Origin: a bacterium
Lineage (GTDB): Bacteria > Bacillota > Clostridia > Christensenellales > CAG-138
Assembly: GCA_963643205.1 (NCBI GenBank)
Contig: CAVIJJ010000001.1
Span: 134,651 to 198,650 of the forward strand
Direction of reading: 5' to 3'
Length of the DNA stretch: 64,000 bases
The position numbers and the translations under genes were made by a program. Positions 49,478 through 56,600 of this stretch are shown one piece after another (within the stretch, counting starts at the first letter, position 1; each line of letters begins with the position of its first letter). Under the pieces are notes generated by a model. The model made no database searches, had not been told where the DNA came from, and was given only the letters and a program-made list of their open reading frames with translations.

Positions 49478-51691
49478 TCAATTACCGTCCAGCACTATTG
49501 TATCAAGCTCCATTAAAAGGCACTTAAGCGCGCTGTATCGCCGGCGAATCTGATTATTGTTCACCATGTCATAAACACATTTGCTACTGCCAAGTATATA
49601 AACCTGCTCTCTGGCCCTTGTTACTGCGGTATAGAGAAGGTTTCTTGTCATTAGCTGGGGAGCGCCTCCCGCCAACGGCATTATCACAACAGGATATTCA
49701 CTGCCCTGGCTTTTATGTACGGTTGCGGCGTAGGCCAGGCTCAGTTCGTCAAGCATTGAGTAATCGTATGCCGCGGCGCGTTCATCGTCAAACAGAACCG
49801 TAACCTCCTGCTCGGATAAATCTATACGCTCTACCGTACCAAGATCTCCATTAAATATCCCCGTTCCTTCCTCTCCTGTTTTGGTACGCTTCCAGGGTAT
49901 TTTATAGTCGTTCTTTATTTGCATAACCTTATCGCCCTCACGCAGCGTAACTTCGCCCTGCTTACGCTCCTTTTTGGCCGGTGAAGGTGGATTAAGCGCA
50001 GCCTGTAAGCGCGAATTCAAATTCATGGCACCTAAAGCGCCTTTTTTCATTGGAACAAGAACCTGCACATCTTTTATAGGTTCATTTGTTGAAAGCTTAT
50101 TTGTTTTGCCGGAGTTTAAGGCGATAACACGCCGTATTATCTGTTCGGCCCCGGATATTTCCTCAAAGCAGAAATCTTCTGAGCCCGCAAAAAGATCCGG
50201 CTGTTTGCCGTTGTTTATACGGTGCGCATTCTCAACAATCATACCGCGCTCAGCCTGGCGGAATATATCGGTTAGCCTTATTACCGGAACAACTCCGCTC
50301 GCTATGATGTCCCTAAGCACATTGCCCGGGCCAACAGGCGGAAGCTGATCGGCATCACCAACCATTATGAGGTGCGTACCGCTCGGCGTAGCCCTTAATA
50401 GAGCGCGCATAAGCAACACATCAACCATGGACATTTCATCAACTATTATTACATCCGTTAACAGTGGATTATCTTCATCATACAAAAATTTATCACCGGA
50501 TGCCCCATAACCAAGCATACGATGAATGGTGCGCGCTTCGGTGCCGGTAGCCTCGCTCATTCGTTTTGCGGCACGCCCCGTGGGAGCACAAAGCTGATAA
50601 TCAAGCCCCATGCGTTCCAGCAAGCGAATTATAAACTTTAATATAGTGGTTTTACCTGTACCGGGACCGCCAGTTATTACCATTGCGCCGCTTTTTAGCG
50701 CCGTTTCCACAGCTTTTCTTTGCTGAGGTGCAAGCGGTATCTTCAGTTCCTTTTCAAGGGCGTTTATTTGAGCATTCAAGCCAAGCATAAGCTGCATTGC
50801 GTCGCGAGAAGCTACGTTCATTATTCTGCGGGCGCATTCACTTTCCGCGCTGTACATTCCGGGGAGAAATACTGAATCTACGTTGTCTATAAGTTTATAC
50901 AGTACATCGCCGGAAATTATCAGCTCATCAAGCATTTTCTCGGCAGGAAGTTCATCCGCCTGCAAAAGCTGACAGGCCACGCTTATCAATCGTTCACGCG
51001 GAAGGAACGTGTGTCCCTCCTGCCTTGCCCATTGAAGGGTATATTTTAACCCCGCCTTAATTCTAAAAGGTGAATCCGGTTCAAAGCCGGCCTTTACCGC
51101 AAGCTTATCCGCCGTGATAAAGCCTATGCCCTCTATGTCGTCTATAAGTCGATACGGGTTCTCCTTAAGTTTTGCTATGCAAAGATCTCCGTATGTATTA
51201 TACAGCTTCATGCTTTGCGCTACGGTTATACCGAATTCCTGAAGAGAAAGCATTACATCGCGCATGCCTTTTTGCATTGCGAATGATAAAGCTATTTTGC
51301 TTGCTTTTATGCGGCCTATACCCGGAACCTCTCGCAGTCGCTCCGGCTCTTTTTCCAATACGTTGAGCGTTTCCATTCCAAACGTTGATACTATATCACG
51401 CGCCGTGGCTTCGCCTACGCCTTTTATAAGACCGCTACCAAGATAATTAATTAGCGCACCAAGGGTTGCCGGCGCGATTGTTTGGCTTGATTTGGCCCTC
51501 AATTGCGGCCCATAAGTCGGATGCTCCGTCCATTCACCGGTAAACTCGGCACGTTCCCCTACCGTTACAAGCGGTAAGGAACCGACAATGGTACGCTCAT
51601 CGCCGTTATCATCGGTGATCTCGATAACACTGTACCCGTTTTCTGCATTTCTGAATATTATGCTTTTAACCGTGCCTATCAGCTTATCCAA
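49478..51691 (-). CDS. recD2: ATP-dependent RecD-like DNA helicase (RecD2)
   Basis: HhH N-domain, SF1B motifs (GGPGTGKTT, IVDEMSMVD, AATVHKSQGSE) and an SH3-like insert. TTG start has a GGGAGG RBS 9 nt upstream. Confidence 0.92.
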   Translation of the reverse strand: MDKLIGTVKSIIFRNAENGYSVIEITDDNGDERTIVGSLPLVTVGERAEFTGEWTEHPTYGPQLRAKSSQTIAPATLGALINYLGSGLIKGVGEATARDIVSTFGMETLNVLEKEPERLREVPGIGRIKASKIALSFAMQKGMRDVMLSLQEFGITVAQSMKLYNTYGDLCIAKLKENPYRLIDDIEGIGFITADKLAVKAGFEPDSPFRIKAGLKYTLQWARQEGHTFLPRERLISVACQLLQADELPAEKMLDELIISGDVLYKLIDNVDSVFLPGMYSAESECARRIMNVASRDAMQLMLGLNAQINALEKELKIPLAPQQRKAVETALKSGAMVITGGPGTGKTTILKFIIRLLERMGLDYQLCAPTGRAAKRMSEATGTEARTIHRMLGYGASGDKFLYDEDNPLLTDVIIVDEMSMVDVLLMRALLRATPSGTHLIMVGDADQLPPVGPGNVLRDIIASGVVPVIRLTDIFRQAERGMIVENAHRINNGKQPDLFAGSEDFCFEEISGAEQIIRRVIALNSGKTNKLSTNEPIKDVQVLVPMKKGALGAMNLNSRLQAALNPPSPAKKERKQGEVTLREGDKVMQIKNDYKIPWKRTKTGEEGTGIFNGDLGTVERIDLSEQEVTVLFDDERAAAYDYSMLDELSLAYAATVHKSQGSEYPVVIMPLAGGAPQLMTRNLLYTAVTRAREQVYILGSSKCVYDMVNNNQIRRRYSALKCLLMELDTIVLDGN

Positions 51692-51721
51692 CCTAAAAAG
51701 CCTCCCTTATATATCAATGCC

Positions 51722-51750
51722 ATTCTATCATACATAATCGTATGAGGCAA
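51722..51750 (-). promoter_or_regulatory. recD2-comFC promoter (TTGCCT -17 nt- TAGAAT)
   Basis: Minus strand: -35 at 51750-51745, a 17-nt spacer, and -10 at 51727-51722. Confidence 0.55.
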
Positions 51751-51824
51751 AGAATTTATAAGAGAGGACAAAACTAAGCAATTAGCGCCATTTAGCCGTT
51801 TTAATCAGCTATGAACAAGTTCTT

Positions 51825-52646
51825 TTATTCCAAGGTTTTCGCAATATTAAGGAATTCTTCATCTATCGGTCCGCTGTATTCGCTGATCTCGTAAGTTTCT
51901 ACATACTCGATAAGATTAGCGGATTCGCCGTAAAGTTCGACAAGCTTATCGTGTACTGTCTCAGCTTCTTTATGGCTTTCCGCATGATAGCGTTCACTAA
52001 GATGCGCAATTTGTTTCTCCCGCGGCCAGTCTATGCGTTCTGTATGGTGCGGCCAATACATCCAATCGAAATACTGGCACTCGTGGCTTGATGCAAGTTT
52101 TACCTTAAAGTCTACCCTTTCGCTGCTGATCGGAACTATAATATCTGGCTGATGCGGGTAAGGCTTTTTGAAATCATCTGCCCAATACAGTATGCCGGGA
52201 GTATCATCAAGATATGGCGTATCCGGGCAAATTTTCGGTACGGTAAGCAAAAAAGAAGCATCTTGCAGAAGTAAGGACACGTTTCTATGATCGGCGTGAT
52301 AATCGTTTGGCCTATTTGTTATTATGATATTCGGCCTAAATGTGCGAATATATCTGATTAGTCTTTCACGCGCTTCAAGCGTAACCTGCAGTTGTCCGTC
52401 AGGATAATCCAGCACGTCATAACGCGCGTCAAGCAATCTTCCGCTTGCTGCGGCCTCACTGCGGCGCTGCAGCCTAAGCTCTTCTCTTGTTACATCCGCG
52501 TGATATGTGCCGGCGCTTCCGTCAGTAACGGAAAGCAATCTAACCTTCCACCCTTTTTCTTGAAGTTTTTTTAGAAGACCCCCGGTGTAGGTATCGGCAT
52601 CGTCAGGATGAGCGCCTATGCTCAGTATGCGTTTTTCCTCTTTCAT
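51825..52646 (-). CDS. PIG-L / LmbE-family N-acetylglucosaminyl deacetylase
   Basis: N-terminal zinc-site motif SIGAHPDDADTYTGG and a later HADH motif. 273 aa. 5 nt downstream of nagB on the same strand. Confidence 0.85.
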   Translation of the reverse strand: MKEEKRILSIGAHPDDADTYTGGLLKKLQEKGWKVRLLSVTDGSAGTYHADVTREELRLQRRSEAAASGRLLDARYDVLDYPDGQLQVTLEARERLIRYIRTFRPNIIITNRPNDYHADHRNVSLLLQDASFLLTVPKICPDTPYLDDTPGILYWADDFKKPYPHQPDIIVPISSERVDFKVKLASSHECQYFDWMYWPHHTERIDWPREKQIAHLSERYHAESHKEAETVHDKLVELYGESANLIEYVETYEISEYSGPIDEEFLNIAKTLE

Positions 52647-52651
52647 TTTGT

Positions 52652-53380
52652 TTACTCCTTTATTTTCGATAAATCAAAATCACAAACTATAGTTACATTT
52701 GGATGAAGTTGCAAAAAGCTGGCCGGAGTATGCGGATCTATGTTGCCGAAAACAGCTTTTTGCACGGCATCATGCTTAGCTTTTCCCGATGCAAGCAATA
52801 TTATTTTCTTTGCGCGCATTATGCCGGCCATTCCAAGAGTTATGGCTTTGGTCGGTACTGACTCATAGGAGGCGAAATTATGCTGATTCGCTTCTCTGGT
52901 GCTTTCGCTGAGCGATACAACATGGGTTGCGGAATAAAGCACATCTCCGGGTTCATTAAAGCCTATATGTCCGTTAATTCCTATGCCCAACAACTGAATG
53001 TCGGCAGGGCCTATACCGGCGTATAGGTCATCATAGCGAACACATTCAGCGTTCAGGTTGCAGGCCATACCATTAGGCACATGTGTGTTAGCTTTATCGA
53101 TATCGATATAATCAAACAGATGAGTATTCATAAAATATCGATAGCTTTCTTTATCGTTACCGCTTAACCCGATATATTCGTCAAGGTTTATGCTTTTTAC
53201 GTCTCTAAATGATACACTTCCCTGATTATAAGCATCAATAAGCTTGTTATAGGTCCCTATCGGTGTATTGCCTGTAGCCAGTCCAAGTACAGTTGACGGA
53301 TTCTGATTTATCTCTTCGATGATCATATCAGCGGCTGTACTGCTAAGTTCATCATAGTTATTTCTGATTATCACTCTCAT
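52652..53380 (-). CDS. nagB: Glucosamine-6-phosphate deaminase
   Basis: LGLATGNTP, GIGINGHIGFNEPG and ITLGM motifs. 242 aa. Confidence 0.93.
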   Translation of the reverse strand: MRVIIRNNYDELSSTAADMIIEEINQNPSTVLGLATGNTPIGTYNKLIDAYNQGSVSFRDVKSINLDEYIGLSGNDKESYRYFMNTHLFDYIDIDKANTHVPNGMACNLNAECVRYDDLYAGIGPADIQLLGIGINGHIGFNEPGDVLYSATHVVSLSESTREANQHNFASYESVPTKAITLGMAGIMRAKKIILLASGKAKHDAVQKAVFGNIDPHTPASFLQLHPNVTIVCDFDLSKIKE

Positions 53381-53443
53381 GACATCGTTTCTCCCAATAC
53401 GCTTTATTCATCATGGTTTCAAAGTAATTTCGAATTCTATCAA

Positions 53444-53472
53444 AACATATCATCTTAAATTGGCTTTGTCAA
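53444..53472 (-). promoter_or_regulatory. nagB operon promoter (TTGACA -17 nt- TATGTT)
   Basis: Minus strand: -35 at 53472-53467 and -10 at 53449-53444. A near-palindrome TTCGAAATTACTTTGAA lies just downstream at about 53419-53435. Confidence 0.5.
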
Positions 53473-53561
53473 CTGCATGAATATAGGGGGCTATCTGTTA
53501 ATCCTTCGGAAGTTTGTGATATACTGTACACAAGATAGAAAGAAAGGCTCAATAAACGGCA

Positions 53562-54404
53562 ATGAAATCAGCGGTATTTGATATAGGTGGAACATTTGTT
53601 AAATATGGAGTGTATGAGGACGGACTTCTTAAAGAAATATCCTCATTTCCAACTCAGGGGCAAGATGGTGCGGATGCGCTGATATCTCGCCTGGTTAAAA
53701 CATGTGAGGGTATTGCTGACGCAAATGCGATTGGGATTTGTACACGCGGACAGGTTAACTGCGATACCGGGAGCATAATATACGACCCTCCGCATATTAT
53801 ACCCGGATATACCGGCAAAAATTTAAAGGATGAATTCGGCATATTCGGCGTACCGGTTGCAGTTGAAAACGACGCAAACTGCATGGCGATTGCAGAAGGC
53901 GCTGACGTTTCGGCAGGCAATACTGCGGACGTACTCTGCCTTACATACGGCACATGCGTTGGCGGCGCAATAGTAAGGAACGGTAAAATATACCATGGGG
54001 CGAACTGGTCCGCAGGTGAATTCGGTATGATGTACTTAGGCAGTGAATACTATGAGAATGTTGCGAGCGTTACCCGCCTTGTAGAGCGTGCTAAATCCAT
54101 CGATAAAGCCCTTTGCGACGGGCATGCGATAGCCAAAGAAATGCATCGTAAGGAAGTTTTTGAGCTTGTTAACGACTGGGCCGAGAACGTGGCCGAGGGC
54201 ATAGCTTCCCTAATACATATATTTAACCCATACTGCGTTATAATCGGCGGAGGGTTGATGGAGAATGACGATATATTCCGTCTTGTGGCATCAAAGGTCA
54301 GAAAACTGACCGCTCCTGGTTTTGATGTAATAATACAGAAAGCCAAATATGGCAACAGCGCTGGGCTTATCGGAGCAGGAATGCTGGCCGAAAAAGAAAT
54401 ATAA
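53562..54404 (+). CDS. ROK-family sugar kinase (no ROK zinc-Cys motif seen)
   Basis: N-terminal ATP-binding FDIGGTFVKYG, and DANCMAIAE and GGGL blocks. 280 aa. Divergent from nagB. Confidence 0.82.
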   Translation: MKSAVFDIGGTFVKYGVYEDGLLKEISSFPTQGQDGADALISRLVKTCEGIADANAIGICTRGQVNCDTGSIIYDPPHIIPGYTGKNLKDEFGIFGVPVAVENDANCMAIAEGADVSAGNTADVLCLTYGTCVGGAIVRNGKIYHGANWSAGEFGMMYLGSEYYENVASVTRLVERAKSIDKALCDGHAIAKEMHRKEVFELVNDWAENVAEGIASLIHIFNPYCVIIGGGLMENDDIFRLVASKVRKLTAPGFDVIIQKAKYGNSAGLIGAGMLAEKEI

Positions 54405-54414
54405 CCAAGTAAAA

Positions 54415-54463
54415 GACTCCCCTATATGCACCAGAATAAAATCAAAGTGTATATAGGGGACTC
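54415..54463. terminator. Long imperfect hairpin between the convergent ROK and 101-aa genes (bidirectional terminator candidate)
   Basis: 17-nt arms GACTCCCCTATATGCAC / GTGTATATAGGGGACTC with 2 mismatches and a 15-nt loop. Confidence 0.5.
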
Positions 54464-54495
54464 ATCGGGAGCTGTTCAGTTTTGCCGACGAAACA

Positions 54496-54801
54496 TTATG
54501 AGTCGGCTTTTATGTTCATAGGGTAGAAAATAACATAACATTCGCTCATTTCGCCTAAAAAAAGGAATATGTTCTCCCCCATTTCAATATGTCGTTTAAA
54601 AGTAAGGTCCGGTATGAAAAGCCTTCCGCTTGTACGTTTAGGACCTTTTAGGGTGTAACCCACATCGTTCGGATTGGCGTGCAAAGACTCAACAGCTTCG
54701 CAAAGTCCGGGAAGTTTAAGCGTTTTTTCAAGTTCCGGAAGCATCGTTTCGGCGTTTATGTACACAAGATTATCAGGATCCGTAAACCAATTTATATTCA
54801 T
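54496..54801 (-). CDS. Hypothetical 101-aa soluble protein, the only gene downstream of the cobalamin riboswitch
   Basis: GGAGGA RBS 5 nt upstream of the ATG. Protein-like composition with no TM segment. No family recognised. Confidence 0.7.
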   Translation of the reverse strand: MNINWFTDPDNLVYINAETMLPELEKTLKLPGLCEAVESLHANPNDVGYTLKGPKRTSGRLFIPDLTFKRHIEMGENIFLFLGEMSECYVIFYPMNIKADS

Positions 54802-54899
54802 AGTTATCCTCCGAATACAAAAATACCGCCGGATTTCTCCAACGGTACAGATAAAAAGCTATCGCCAAAGCTGCTTCCTTGTCCAAATCCGCGTGGAGA

Positions 54900-55070
54900 A
54901 GCATGCTCCGTGCAGGTCTTCTGGCTTACGCATCGTTGCTCAGCTTCGCCTTCCCATATAATACAGTGGCTCAATGAAGCTTCGCTAGCGCATACAGCGG
55001 CGGGACCGCGCAGGCTTTTAACCTGCTTCCCTTTTAACCAATCTATTACCGATTGGACACGAAACATTTA
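54900..55070 (-). promoter_or_regulatory. Cobalamin (B12) riboswitch aptamer; the leader continues to the RBS at 54807
   Basis: The minus strand carries the conserved blocks in the canonical order. First, GGTTAAAAGGGAAGCAGGTTAAAAGCCTGCGCGGTCCCGCCGCTGTA (55039-54993). Then GCCACTG...GGGAAGGC (54970-54948). Then the B12 box AAGCCAGAAGACCTGC (54927-54912). A 10-bp closing P1 helix, ATGTTTCGTG (55067-55058) pairing with CACGGAGCAT (54912-54903), encloses them. Confidence 0.85.
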
Positions 55071-55080
55071 TTTCATGGTT

Positions 55081-55109
55081 ATTGTATCATCACCTGATGA
55101 ATATGTCAA
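55081..55109 (-). promoter_or_regulatory. Promoter of the riboswitch transcript (TTGACA -17 nt- TACAAT)
   Basis: Minus strand: consensus -35 at 55109-55104, which overlaps the MATE stop codon; an exact 17-nt spacer; -10 at 55086-55081. Confidence 0.65.
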
Positions 55110-56437
55110 ATCTGCTGATACCTAATCCACCTAATGCAAAAAATCAGCGAAATCGCGGTTGCTATGCTCCACCCTATCGGCCACGCCAACCATATACCAA
55201 CTGAGCCGAGCGAAGTAGCCGACAATGCTATAGCTAAAAGCACCCTTAATAACAAATCACTGAATGTGGAAGCCATAAATTGCTTCATTAAACCTGCACC
55301 GCGAAGTACACCATCCGCCACAAGTTTTGCCGCTACCACCGGATAAAACGGCGCAAGAATTCTAAGGTATATTACCGAAGTGCTCATAGCAAGATCGGTT
55401 GGATTATCCAGGAACAGCATCGAAAGCTTGTCTCCAAATAAAAAGTATAGTGCTATAAGCGGTATAGACAACAGCCATACCATTTTTGTTCCTGCCCAAT
55501 ATCCGCTTTTTATGCGTTCCGGCTTTTGAGCACCTATGTTTTGCGCCGTAAAGTTTGATACGCCATTACCCAACGTTGTAAAAGAGGATATAACCAAATT
55601 ATTGAGCTTTACGCCGGCAGAGTATCCTGCCATTACGGCTGTACCGAACGTGTTTATAACGCCCTGTATAATGATATTTCCAACCGAAATAAAGCTTTGC
55701 TGCAGTATGCTCGGTATTGCGATACGGGCAATTTTGCTCATTATTGCCGATGAGAATACCGGTGCGGGTTCATCCGTTTCAACCTTTTTAAGCCTAAAAA
55801 GAACAAACAAGAGAGCTAATACGCAGCTGATTCCCTGACAAATAAATGTTGCCCATGCAACACCCGCAACACCCATGTCGAAGGCCGTTACAAACAGTAT
55901 ATCGGCACCTATATTGCTCAATGAAGAAGCCGCAAGAAAGTAAAACGGAGTTTTTGAATCGCCCAGAGCGGAGAAAATACCGGTTGCCACATTATAAAAG
56001 AATACAAACGGCAAGCCGTATATGTATATACGAAGGTAAAGCAGCGAATCCGCCATAACATCGGCAGGCGTATTTATGCAAAGAAGCATTTCTTTTGCGA
56101 ATAGCAAACCCAACGTCATAAGCAGAACACACAGAGCTCCGCCGGCAATAAACGTGGTTGACACCGCCGTTTTCATATCCTTCATTTGCTTGGCTCCGAA
56201 AAACTGAGCCGTAATAACAGAACCGCCAATATTGCAGCCAAACGCGAAGGCTATAAATATAAGCGTTATTTCATAGCTGTTGCCAACCGCCGCTAAAGCG
56301 TTTTCGCCTATAAACTTGCCAGCGACAAGGCTATCCGCAATATTATAAAGCTGCTGGAATATAATGCTGCCAAACAACGGCATACAAAAGCGCCAAAGTA
56401 CTTTTTCGCTCTTTCCTACAGTTAGGTCAGTATTCAT
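55106..56437 (-). CDS. MATE-family multidrug/toxin efflux transporter
   Basis: 12-TM profile. The N-terminus ...LWRFCMPLFGSIIFQQLYNIADSLVAGKFIGENALAAVG is typical of MATE. Start at 56437 has a GGAGG RBS. Confidence 0.9.
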   Translation of the reverse strand: MNTDLTVGKSEKVLWRFCMPLFGSIIFQQLYNIADSLVAGKFIGENALAAVGNSYEITLIFIAFAFGCNIGGSVITAQFFGAKQMKDMKTAVSTTFIAGGALCVLLMTLGLLFAKEMLLCINTPADVMADSLLYLRIYIYGLPFVFFYNVATGIFSALGDSKTPFYFLAASSLSNIGADILFVTAFDMGVAGVAWATFICQGISCVLALLFVLFRLKKVETDEPAPVFSSAIMSKIARIAIPSILQQSFISVGNIIIQGVINTFGTAVMAGYSAGVKLNNLVISSFTTLGNGVSNFTAQNIGAQKPERIKSGYWAGTKMVWLLSIPLIALYFLFGDKLSMLFLDNPTDLAMSTSVIYLRILAPFYPVVAAKLVADGVLRGAGLMKQFMASTFSDLLLRVLLAIALSATSLGSVGIWLAWPIGWSIATAISLIFCIRWIRYQQI

Positions 56438-56501
56438 TGAATAACCTCCGTCACACAATATATGCGTATGCAGCATTAATTGTATGCTTCTACAGGGCGG
56501 T

Positions 56502-56531
56502 ATTTTAAGCCCCGCGCTATCTTTTTGTCAA
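56502..56531 (-). promoter_or_regulatory. MATE gene promoter (TTGACA -18 nt- TAAAAT)
   Basis: Minus strand: -35 at 56531-56526 and -10 at 56507-56502. Confidence 0.5.
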
Positions 56532-56536
56532 GTATC

Positions 56537-56566
56537 TTGAAATCTGCTGTTTTCCATATGTATAAT
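56537..56566 (+). promoter_or_regulatory. Promoter of the GTPase-NYN gene (TTGAAA -18 nt- TGTATAAT extended -10)
   Basis: -35 at 56537-56542, and -10 TATAAT at 56561-56566 preceded by a TG. Confidence 0.55.
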
Positions 56567-56600
56567 GTATAAGAAGGAATTTTTTTGATTGGAACGTATA

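Noticed and set aside
51813-51822. GAACAAGTTC palindrome near the recD2 promoter, considered as an SOS box
   Set aside because: The half-sites are separated by 2 nt rather than the required 4. It also overlaps the 3' end of the PIG-L gene.
54804-55067. 87-aa ORF from the ORF track on the minus strand (also the antisense 148-aa ORF at 54679-55125 on the plus strand)
   Set aside because: It has no RBS, and a stop codon sits immediately before its ATG. The translation is low-complexity and odd. The stretch carries every conserved block of a cobalamin riboswitch plus a closing P1 helix, so it is an RNA leader, not a protein gene.
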